From the NCBI RefSeq assembly GCF_036365525.1, contig NC_090375.1, positions 199,259,864 through 199,323,863 of the forward strand: a stretch of DNA of 64,000 nt, in the 5' to 3' direction. Below are positions 46,895 to 58,863 of the stretch, one piece after another (position 1 is the stretch's first letter; every line of letters begins with the position of its first letter). A program made the position numbers and the translations under genes. Under the pieces are notes generated by a model. The model was not told the DNA's origin and made no database searches. It saw only the letters and a program-made list of their open reading frames with translations. The DNA comes from Heterodontus francisci (Eukaryota).

Positions 46895-48370
46895 TAGGAA
46901 CATAGGAACATGAGGAGACCATTCAGCCCATGAGTTTACTCCACCATTCAATTAGATCTGTCTGTTCTATATTTCAGCTCCATTTACCTGGCCTTGCTCC
47001 ATATCCCTTGATATGCTTACCCCCCAAAAAATCTATCAACCGTGACCCATAACATTTCAATTGTGCTCCAGCATTCACAGCCTATTGGGGGAGAGAGTTC
47101 CAGATTTCCACAACCATTTGTGTGAAGAGATGCTTCCTGACATCACCCCTGAACGGCCTAGCACTAATTTTAAATTACACCCTTGTTCAGGACTCCCCCA
47201 CAAAAATAAATATTTTCTCTCTATCTACTCTATTGAATCCTTTCCTCATTTAAAAATATTGATTAGAACACTCCTCAATCATCTATACTCAAGAGAATAC
47301 ATGCCAAGGTTATACAATCTGTCCTCATAATTTAACCCATCATTCTGGTAAATGTGCACTGCAACCCCAATGCTGTTTGTGGGGCCATGTTGGCTGCCGT
47401 GTCTTTTTTTTTACATTACCACAGTGGCTACACTTCAGAAGTCTTTCTTTCTTCACTACAAAGGTCAATTTTGAGTATCATTCTTGATTACACTTTGTTC
47501 CTGTTCCCTATCTTTTACTCACATGAACATCAAGATTCCATTAGGCTTCCACAGTTCCTAAAGTCTCGCCATTAAGAAAATATTCTAGTTGCTCTTTCTC
47601 TGCTCTATCATGAATGACCTGATGGTTCCCCATATTGAACTCCATTTGTCACAGAGTTGCCCACTCACTTTATCTGTCTATTTGCATTTGTAATTTGCTG
47701 CTTCCATCTACACAACCTACTGTGTCATCAGAAAACTTGGATATAATAGGCTCCATATTCCATTATCCACTAATATATATGGTTAAAAATATCTGAGGCC
47801 CCAGTGCAGATCCCCAGATAAACAACGGTTGTAAATTCCCTTCAATCAGAGTGCATTCGCGTGGGAGACTTGTTCCTGTTCTCAGTCTCCTAACTCCCAA
47901 CAGATAACCAACCCATGTTACCTTGAGCTTTGATGTTTACTAATAATCTCATGCAATACCTTTTCAAATACCTCTTGGATGTCCATATAAACACCATACA
48001 TAGACACGTCCCTGTCCACCACGTTAGTGATCTCCTCAAAAAGTCAAGTAGAACAGTCAGATGTGACCTAGCCCTCACAAATCCATGCTGAATCTCTGTG
48101 CAGTGCAGTCACTCTGTCCCTACAGACAGACTCCAGCAACCTTCTCACATTCCCTAACACTGGAGAGCTTTGTGGAGATATAACCAACTCTCCTGTAATT
48201 TCCTCATCCATTTTTTTGAAATACCCTGGGTGGAAACCACGAGGGCTTGGAGATTTATTTGTCTTAATTTCCATTATTTCCATGATAACAATTTTTTGCC
48301 AAGCTCCTCAACTTGCGTCATTTTTGAGTTAGTTGGTACCCGTTCATTCATTTGTCTATTGTCTGCTCTT
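46895..48370 (-). mobile_element. Old degraded CR1 fragments
   Basis: CR1 3' tail at ~46900; NKSPSPRGFHP in 48068..48283. Confidence 0.65.
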
Positions 48371-49676
48371 CCACTGTGAAAATGGATATAAACAAGTCTG
48401 TCTCTTCCTTATTATCTGTTATAGTCTCACCTGCATCTGCCTTTAAATGGGTCCACAATTCCGAAATGGCTGCTCCCAGTCTTCCTATTGCCCCCACTAG
48501 GGGAAATGAAAAAAAAGCGAGTCATTTGGATATCTCTTGTATTTTTGTTCTGCTGTGAGACATTTGTTAATATCTGCTGCATTTTTGTTCATTAGTAAAA
48601 TATAACCAGTTGTGGTGTGGACCAGTGTGTTGAGCTCACCATTTGGTAAAAACGTGGAGGCGAAGGACATCAGGATGAAGGGAGAAGAATCCTGACCAAA
48701 CACATCATCACTGGTGTTCATATTGGACATATTAAAAATAAAAGAATGGGAACTGATCAAGCACTCCCACACATACACACCCAGACAGATGAGTCAGGAC
48801 ATGCCACTGGTGTGGTAGCCTGGGCTGTTACAACATCAAACAGCCTGTCTACAACCACACTCACAGACGTTGACCTTTTGAAATTTGTGTGAATGGTCTC
48901 CTTCTTGCCTTATCAAGATACAGATATCACATTTTGGGTGGTAAGCACCTAAGAACACCCCCTGCTGAGCACAGGATATGACCACATGCAAGTGGCCTTG
49001 CATAGCCAGGGTGGGATTAATAAGACACTGAATCCCAATCGGATGGACCACTTCATAACATTACCTTATATGTCAAGGGTCTGGGGTCAGAAATGTATAT
49101 AAAGCCAAAGCTCACAAGGACATTGTTGCTGCAGCTGGGACGTGTGACTTGGTCAGTCATCGGAAATTGTTTGGGAGAAGTCATTCAGCAGTCCTGACCA
49201 CCTGGGAACAAGACCTATATGCGGGTCTACTCAGCAACACCTGTTGTAAGTATATACTATTGCCTGGTGAGTTAATAAAGGTGTTCCACAAAAGTCCAAA
49301 TTGTATCCAAAGTCTGTTTCATGCAATTGATAATCAGTTTGGAGTCAGGACCTGAGAGGGAAGTGAGACCCACATTTTAAGAGTCTTACAGCTGGCGACC
49401 ACGATCAGGTACGCTGAAAGAAAAATCTAACCAGGTTTTGGATGGGTTGTCACGAAATGCGTGGCAGTGAATTTGCCTCTAACACAGAGGTGAATACAGG
49501 TCAGCCTGGAGGGGGTGAACAGGTATATGGGGCGAAAGAGTGGACACAGATGTCTATGTGTCGGCAAAGCTTGGAAACAACTGTTTGGCTGATGGCACAT
49601 CAGCATCAGCATAGGAATTACGAAGCCAAGACAGTAAAAGTTAGTCAGGAGCTTGATGAGAGATATAAGAAACTAA

Positions 49677-52600
49677 ACATGGACACATCGAAAATAAGAG
49701 CAGGAGCAGGCGATTCGGCCCTTCAGGCCTGCTCTGCCATTCAAAAAGGATTATGACTGATCTTCTAATTCAGTACCCTGTTGCTGCTTTCTCCCCATAT
49801 CCCTTGTTTCCTTTTGCATTAAGAAATATACTTTTCTCCTTCTTGAATATATTTAATGACTTGGCCGCCACTGCCTTCTGTGGTAGAGAATTCCTTAGGT
49901 TCACCACCCTCTAAGTGAAGACATTTCTCCTCATTTCAGTTCTAAATGGCATACCCATATCCTGAGAGTGTGACCCCCGATTCTGGACACCCCAGCCATT
50001 GGGAACATCCTCCCGGCATCTAGCCTGTCTAGTCCTGTTATAACTTTATAGGTTTCTATGAGATCCCCTCTCATTCTTCTAAACTCTAGTGAATATCGGC
50101 CTAGTTGATCCAGTCTCTCCTCATATGTCAATTCTGCCATCCCAGGAATCAGCCGAGTAAATCTTCTTTGCACTCCCTCCATGGCAAGAACATGAAGATA
50201 AGGAGATCCAAACTGCACACAATACTCCAGCTGTGGTCTCACCAAGGACCTGTATAACTGCAGTAAGACATCCTTGCTCTTGTACTCAAATCCTCTTGCA
50301 ATAAAGGCCAACATACCATTTGCCTTCCGAACTGCTTGCTGCACCTGAATACTTGCTTTCAGCGACTGGTCTCATCGCACCTCACCCAGGTCTCATCGCA
50401 CCTCCCCCTTTCCTAATCTATCACCATTCAGATAATAATCTGCCTTTCTGTTGTTACAACCAAAGTGGTTAACCTCATATTTATACATATTATACTGCAT
50501 TTGCCATGCATTTGCCCACTCACCCAACCTGTCCAAATCACATTGGAACCTCTTTGCATCCTCCTCGCAGCTTACATTCCCCCTAGCTTTCTGTCATCTA
50601 CAAACTTGGAAATGTTACATTTAGTTCCCTCACCCAAGTCATTAATATATACTATGAATAGCTGGGGCCCAAGCACCTATACCTGTGGTATCCCACTAGC
50701 CATTGCCTGCCACCCGGAAAAAGACAGGTTTATTCCTACTCTCTGTTTCCTGTGTCAACCATTTCTCAATCCATGCCAGTATATTACCCCCAATCCCATG
50801 TGCTTTAATTTTGCACACTAACCTCTTATGTGGGACCTTATCAAAATCCTTCTGAAAATCCAAATGCACCACATCCACTGGTTCTCCCTTATCTATTCTA
50901 GTAGTTGGACCATTAAATCCAGTAGATTTGTTAAGCACGATTTTCCTTTCATCAACCCATGCTGACTTTGCCCAATCCCGTTTATGCTTTCCAGGTGTTC
51001 AGTTATCACATCCTTTATAATGAACTCTAACATTTTCCCCACTACTGATGTAAGGCTATCTGGTCTGTAATTCCCTATTTTTCCTCTCACTTCTTTTTAA
51101 ATAGTGGGGTTACATTTGCCATCCTCCAATCTGTAGGAACTGCTCCAGGATCTGTAGAATTTTTTAAGATGACCACCAATGCATCCAATATTTCCAGGAC
51201 CACTTCCTTTAGTACTCTGAAATGTAGATTATCAGGCCCTGGGGATTTGTCAGCCTTTAACCCCATTAATTTCCCTAGCACTATTTTTTAATCATACTGA
51301 TTTCCTTCAGTTCCTCCCTTTCATTCGACCCTTGGTTCCCTAACATTACTGGGAGGTTATTTGTGTCCTCCTTTGTGAAGACAGAACCAAAGTATGTGTT
51401 TAATCGTTCTACCATTTCTTTGTTTCCCATTATACTTTCCCCCGTTTCTGACTGTAAGGGATGTACATCTGTCTTCACTAATCTTTTTCTCTTGACATAT
51501 TGAAAGAAGCTTTTACAGTCATTTTTTATGTTCCCCGCAAGTTTACTCTCATACTGTATTCCCCCCACTTAAACAACCTCTTTGTCCTCCTTTGCTGAAT
51601 TCTAAATTTCTCCCAATCCTTAGACTTGCTGCTTTTTCTGGCAATTTTACGTGCCTCTCCTATTTGGATCTAATAGTATCCCTAATTTCTTTTGTAAGCC
51701 ACAGTTGAGCCACCTTTCTGGTTTTATTTTTGTGCCAAACAGGAATGAATAATTGTTGTAATTCATGCACTCGTTCTTTCAATATTATGCATTGCCTATC
51801 CACCATCAACATTTCAGTAAAGTTCCCCAATCCACCATCGCCAACTGATGCCTCATATCTTCATAGTTTCCTTGATTTAGATTCAGGACCCTAGTTTAGA
51901 TTCAACTACTTCATTCTCCATCTTAATGAAGAATTCTATCATATTATGGTCGCTCCTCCCCAAGGGACCCCGCACAACAGGATTGTTAATTAATCCTTTC
52001 TCATTGCACAATACCCAGTCTAGGATAACCTGTTCTCCAGTTGGTTCCTCAGTATATTAGTCTAAAAAACTGTCACGTACACACTCCATGAAATCCTCCT
52101 CCACAGTATTATTGCTAATTTGATTTGACCAATCTATATGTAGATTAAACTCACCCATAGTTACAGTTGTGCCCTTATTGCATACATCTCTAATTTCCTG
52201 TTTAATGCTATCTCTTACATCTCCATAACTGTTTGGGGACCTATAGACAACATCCACCAACGTTTTCTGCCCATTGGTGTTTCTTAGCTTCACGTATACA
52301 GATTCCACATCAGGATTTTCTGAGCCAATATCTTTCCTCACTATTGCATTGATTTCCTCCTTTACTAACAGTACTACCCCACCTCCTTTCCCATTATGCC
52401 TGTCCTTCCTAAATATCGAATACCCCTGGATGTTCAGTTCCCATCCTTGGCCACCCTGCAGCCATGTCTCTGTAATCGCAACTATGTCATAACCATTTAT
52501 ATCTATTTGCGCTGTTAATTCATCTACCTTATTGTGAATGCTCCACACATTAAGACACAATGCCTTTAGACTTGTCTTTTTTTTAACATCGTTCGTCATC

Positions 52601-55600
52601 TTAACTTTATTTTGCACTATGGCCCCATTTGTTTCTTGCCCTTGTTTTCTCTGCCTTCCACTTTTGCTTCTTACCTTTCTGTTTTTCATTTCTAACCTTG
52701 TTTCCCCCTCCTCTGTCACCCTGCTCAGTTTCCCATACCCCTGCCATTTTAGATTAAACCCTCCCTGACTGCACTTGTAAAAACCCCTCCACTCCCTGAG
52801 GAATTTGGTCCCGGACCTCCCAGATGCAACCCATCCAGCCTGTACTGTTCCCACCTTCCTCAGAACCTGTCCCAATGTCCCAGAAATCTGAATTCCAACC
52901 CCCCCCCCACCCCCCACCCCCGCCACACCATTCCTCCAGTCATGTATTCATCTGATATATCCACTATTTCTGCTCCTGCTAGCACATGGCACTGGTAGTA
53001 ATCCTGAGATTATTACCTTTGAAGTCGTACTTTTTAACTTACATCCTAACTCCCTATATTCAACTTGTAAGACCTCATTTCTTTTTTTTACTTATGTTGT
53101 TGGTACCAATATGTACCATGACAACTGGCTGCTCACCCTCTGCTCTCAGAATTCCCTGCAGCCACTCAGAGTCATCCTTGACCCTAGCACCAAGGAGATA
53201 ACATACCATCCTGGAGTCTCTTTTGTGGCCGCAGAAATGTCTGCCTACTCCCCTTACGATGGAATCCCCTATCACTATAGTCTTGCCACTCTTCTTCCTT
53301 CCCTTCTGTGCAGCAGCGCCACCAATGGTGCCATGAACTTGGCTCTTGTTGCTTTCCCCTGAGCCATCTACCACAACAATATCCAAAGCAGTATATCTGT
53401 TGGAGAGGAGGATAGCTACAGGGGACTCCTGCACTACCTGCCTTCCTCTACTCTGCTTGGTGGTCACACATTCCCATTCTGCCTTTGTAGCATTTGCCTG
53501 TGGTGTGGCCAACTCACTAAACATGATATCCACGTTGATCTCACAATCGCAGATGCGCCACAGTGAATCCACCCACACCTCCAGCTCTGAAATGCGGATT
53601 TTGAGTAGCTGCAGCTGGAGACACGTCCTGCAAGCGTGTTCGCCCTGGACTCTGGAAGTGCCTCTGACTTCCCACATTGCACACGAGGCACACTCCACGC
53701 TGCCAAACTGCCATGCCAAGACTCACCTTAATATAATCCCTTAACAATTAGAGATTATTTACATGCGGGACCTTGATTCCCTAAAAAACACTACTTATTC
53801 TATTAAAAAACCTGTATACCTTACCCTACTCCCAATAGGCTTTATTACCACTAGTAAACTTTACTACTACTAATAAAACCTCACAATTACTGATAAATTA
53901 GCTGAGTTTTGGAAGATAAATGAGAAAAATAACAAAATGCTCTCTAATCAATAACTTACCTGTTTCACGGCGATGGCACCTTTTATCTCTTCTCCGAATG
54001 TGGTGCACTCATCGACTGAGCCCCAGTCACAGCTCTCAGACGGCTCTCCTCTCGCCCTGTTTAGAAGCTTTGGGACCACTCTCCTCTCGTGCTGTTTCGA
54101 AGCTCTGGGACCGCTCTCCTCTCGCGCTGTTTTGAAGTTCTGGGACCGCTCTCCTCTCGTGGTGTTTAGAAGCTCTCGGACCGGAGATCAAAAGAACAAA
54201 GAACAGTACCACACAGGAACAGGCCATTCGGCCCTCTAGGCCTTCGCTAATCATGATGCCTGCATCAACTAAAACCTTCTGCACATCCGGGGTCCGTATC
54301 CCTCTATTCTGATCCATTCCAATGATTTATCAAGATGCCTCTTAAACGTCGCTATCGTACCTGATTCCACTACCTCCCACGGCAGCAAGTTCCAGGCACT
54401 CACCACCCTCTGTGTAAAGAACTTGCCTCGCACATCCCCTCTAAACTTTGCCAATCTCACCTTAAACCTATGTCCCCTAGTAACTGACTCTTCCACCCTG
54501 GGAAAAAACTTCTGACTATCCACTCAGTCCACTCATAACTTTATAAACCTCTATCAGGTTGCCCCTCCACCTCCGTCGTTCCAGTGAAAACAATCCAAGT
54601 CTTTCCAACCTCTCCTCATAGCTAACACCCTCCAGACCAGGCAACATCCTGGTAAACCTCTTCTGTCCCCTCTCCAAAGCCTCCACATCCTTCTGTACAT
54701 CTGCAGCATTGCTTGCCAATTTTTATACTCTATGCCCCGACCAATGAAGGCAAGCATGCCGTGCCTTCTTGACGACTTTATCCACCTGCGTTGCCACTTT
54801 CAGTGATCTGTGGACCTGTACGCCCAGATCTCTCTGCCTGTCAATATTCCTAAGGATTCTGCCATTTACTGTATATTTCCCACCTGTATTAGACCTTCCA
54901 AAATGCATTACCTCACATTTGTCTGAAATAAACTCCATCTGCCATTTCTCCGCCCAAGTCTCCAACTGATCTATATCCTGCTGTACCCTCTGACAATCCC
55001 CATCACTATCCGCAACTGCATCAACCTTTGTATCGCCCGCAAACTTACTAATCAGACCAGTTACATTTTCCTCCAAATCATTTATATATACTACAAACAG
55101 CAAAGGTCCGAGCACTAATCCCTGCGGAACACAACTAGTCACAGCCCTCCATTCAGAAAAGCACCCTTCCACTGCTAACCTCTGTTTTCTATGACCGAGC
55201 CACTTCTGTATCCATCTTGTCAGATCCCGTGTGACTTCACCTTTTGAACCAATCTCCTCACTCTTTTTAAAGCTCTCGGACCGGTCTCTTCTCACGTTGT
55301 TTGGAAGCTCTCGGACCGCTCTACTCTCGCTCTGTTTCAAAGCTCTCGGACCGCTCTCCTCTCACGGTGTCTTGAAGCTCTCGGACCGCTCTCCTCTTGC
55401 TATGTTCTGAAACTCTCACCGCTCTCCTCCTACGCTGTTTTGAAGCACTGGAACCACTCTCCTCTCGTGGTGTTTCAAAGCTCTCGGACCGCTCTCCTCT
55501 CACTCTGTTTTGAAGCACTTTAACACTCTCCTCTCATTTTGTTTTGAAGCACTTTAACACTCTCCTCTCGCTCTGTCTTGAAGCACTTTAACACTCTCCT

Positions 55601-55717
55601 CTCGGTCTGTTTTGAAGCTCTTTAACACTCTCCTCTCGGTCTGTTTTGAAGCTCTTTAACAATCTCCTCTCGCTCTGTTTTGAAGCTCTTTAACACTCTC
55701 CTCTCGCTCTGTTTTGA
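49677..55717 (-). mobile_element. Near full-length CR1 LINE (5' tandem repeats, ORF1 zinc finger plus SGNH/GDSL esterase, decayed ORF2)
   Basis: ORF 53075..53719 has VECASCAMWEV..HACRTC..VIGDSIVR..VMVHIGTNN; ORF 52057..52926 has DIVAITETWL; RT fragments at 49931-51568. Confidence 0.92.
54030..55717 (+). repeat. ~34-35-bp tandem repeat (CTCTCCTCTCGCTCTGTTTTGAAGCACTTTAACA-like) in two blocks split by a CR1 insertion (~54190-55250)
   Basis: Units recur at 34-nt spacing (e.g. TAACACTC at 55521 and 55555); the array sits at the 5' end of the CR1. Confidence 0.9.
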
Positions 55718-56214
55718 AGTGGATGTGAGACAGTTGTGAAAGGATAAGTAACACAGCTAGAGGAAGAGAGAGCGCCAGATCCCCCAGCTGATAAGGAGGA
55801 CTAGGGGATTAGTGATTTCTGGAAAAAGAAAGATAAAAGCAATTGTCGGAAAAAATAATAAAAACAACTAATGTAATTTATTTATTTTCTTGCTTCTGAC
55901 TAAGTTTCAAGTTGTCAAGATGAATGTTGCAAGAATGGAGAATGCAAAGGAAGCTTCCAGTATTAACTTATGTTTGTGATATTTAATGTGTTCTCTGGCA
56001 CTTTGAATTTATAACTCATTGTAAGAATTCATATGGGTGCATTGGGATATGAGACTGTGCATGTGATTATTGAGTGTGCCTCTGTCAATTCAATGTTCTG
56101 TAATGTTAAGTTCTGGATCTATGGGAAGCAATTAGTTTTGGCAGCTTATTGTGTTACTACGTCTCCCAGGTAAAAGATGATGTGCAGTGAAAGGTAAGAA
56201 GTCCTAGTGTTCTG

Positions 56215-58248
56215 ACTCAATGAGAAGGATGAACCACCCGCGGTTAACAAAGGTGGTCAAGGAGAATATGAAATCTAAAACCTCGGCATACAAAACAGCA
56301 AAAACTAGTGGTAGGCAAGAGGCTTGGGAATTTTTTAGGAACCAGCCGCAGATGACTAAAAAACTAATAAAGAGGGACAAAATTGATTATGAAAGTAAAT
56401 TGGCAAGAACTATAAGAACAAACAGCAAAATCTTCTATGGGTATATAAAAAGAAAGACAGTACCTAAAGTGAACATGAGACCTTTTGAGGATGAGACTGG
56501 AGAATTGATGATGGGGAACAGGGAAATGGCAGATAATTTAAACCAATATTTTGCATTGGTCTTCATGGTGGAGGACACTATAAACATCCCACATATGTCA
56601 GAGAAGCAAGGAGCTATTGGGAGGAAAGGTCTTGTTGCAATCTCTATCGCGAGGGACAAGGTATTCGACAAACTAATGGGACTAAAGGCAAACACGTCGC
56701 CAGGACCTGATGGTCTCCATCCAAGGAAATTTAAAGAAAGTTGCTGCAGAGATAGTGAAGGCATTGGTTAGAATATTCCAGATGTCACTGGATTCCGGGA
56801 GGGTCCCAGCAGATTGGAAAACTGCAAATGTGACGCCCTGTTCAAGAACGGAGGGTGACAAAAAGCAGGAAACCATAGCCCAGTCAGCCTAACATCGGTC
56901 TTTGGGAAAAGGTTACAGGCCATTAATAAGGATGAAATAACAGGACATTTAGAAAAGCTTAATGTCAACAAACAGAGTGAAAGCGAAATCATGTTTGACA
57001 AATTTGCTGGAGTTCTTTGAGGATATAACATGCAGAGTTGATAAAGGGAAACCAGTAGATATTTAGATTTCCAGAAGGTATTCGATAGGATGCACATAAA
57101 ATATTATTGTACAAGATAGGAGCTCACTGTATTGGGGGTAATGTATTAGCATGGATTGAGGATTGGTTAACACACAGAAGACAGAGTCAGGATTAATGGG
57201 TCCTTTTCAGGTTGGAAAGACTTAACCAGTGGAGTGCCACAAGGATCAGTCCCAGGGCCTCAATTATTTACTATCTGTATTCATGACTTGGAGGAGGGGG
57301 CAGAGTGTGATTTATCCAAATTTCCTGATGATACAAAAATAGGTGGGAGGGCACGTTGTGATAAGGGCATAAGGAATCTGCAAGGGGATATAGATAGGTT
57401 GAGTGAGTGGGCAAAAACTTGGTAGATGGAGTTTAATGCAGGAAAGCGTGAGGTCATGCACATTGGTCGGAAGAATCAAAAGGCAGACTATTATTTAAAT
57501 GGAGAGAGCCTCCAAAAAGTGCAGCACAGAGGGATCTGGATGTTCTTGTGCATGAAACACAAAAAGTTAGCATGCAGGTGCAGCAAGTAATTAAGAAAGC
57601 AAATGGAATTTTGGCCTTTATTGCTCGGGGGTTGGCATTTAAAAATAGGGAAGTCTTGTTACAACTGTACAGGGTGTTGGTAAGGCCGCACCTGGAGTGC
57701 TGTTTTGGTTTCTGTATTTAAGAAAAGATATACTCGCACTGGAGGCAGTTCAAAAGAGATTCACTGGACTGATTCCTGGGATGAAGGGGTTGACTTATCA
57801 AGAAGGGCTAAACAGGTGAGGCCTTTATTCATTAGAGTTTTGAAGAATGAGGGGTGATCTTGTAGAAACGTATACAATTCTGAAGGGGTTTGATAGGGCA
57901 GATGTTGAGAAGATGTTTCCACTAGTAGGAGAATCTCGAACTAGGGGATATAGATACAGAATAAGGGGACACTCATTTAAAGCTGAGATGCAAAGGAATT
58001 TCTTCTCTCAGAGGGTAGTGAATGTCTGGGATTCTCTACGCCAGAGAGTTATGGAGGCTAGATCACTGAAAGTATTTAAAGACGATGTAGATAGATTTTT
58101 GAAATATCAGGGAGTTGAGGGCTATGCAGAACTGGCATTAAAGAGGAGTTGAGGTGCAGATCTGTCATGATCTTATTGAATGGTGGAGCAGGCTTGAGGG
58201 GCTGAATGGCCTACTCCTGTTTCCAAAAGCATATGTATGTTCTTATGT
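56215..58248 (+). mobile_element. CR1 LINE, 5'-truncated, inserted in LTR element C
   Basis: SPGPDGLHPR, PQGSVPGP, KFPDDTKIG, MRGDLVETY..NFFSQRVVNVW. Confidence 0.92.
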
Positions 58249-58863
58249 CCCTTTAAGAACCTGTGCGTGCAGGTAAAAAGGCTTTTGTGTGTAACCAGGT
58301 TTCCTTTTGTTTTCGATCACGGGCTATTTTTCTCTTGTGTATGTGGAATAATTGACTTTTTTTTGTGTGGATTGTGTTTTGTTTGCTTTCTGTATTTCTC
58401 TTCCTGACATTGTGGTTTTGTGGCAGTAGCTTCAACACTTTAAGTTTGAAAACTCACAGTAAAATTGTGAGATAGATTGGAAGGGAAGTTTAAATTAGCT
58501 GAAGTGGATATTGCAAGTCATGAGATTTGAGGTGGGATTGCTGGTCAGGATCCCAACTCGAATGGGGTTTATTAACCATGTGGAGATTCTAATATGGATA
58601 TGAATTCTTAAATGTTAGTATGGGGTTGTTTTAATATTAAACTGTGCAAACTGAAATTTGGGTTGGGGACTTTTTCACAAAAGTTAAAAGCTTCTTTTTG
58701 GGAACCATTGGAGTTTATGCCCTGAAATAATTGGGAAAAGGAATTGGTAACATTTTTAAAAACTTGCTTTGTTCTGAAGAAAACAGGTTGAATTGGGTTG
58801 TCTAAAATGGAGAGCTTGCAATTTTGGGGAAATTGAAAGAGTGATTTACAAATACTGAGCAGA

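Noticed and set aside
49442-49676. gag call for the 5' internal ORF of the LTR element
   Set aside because: The position fits gag, but I recognised no capsid or zinc-knuckle motif, so it is left unassigned.
54030-55717. CRISPR-like array
   Set aside because: Head-to-tail units with no unique spacers, in eukaryotic DNA and attached to a CR1 5' end.
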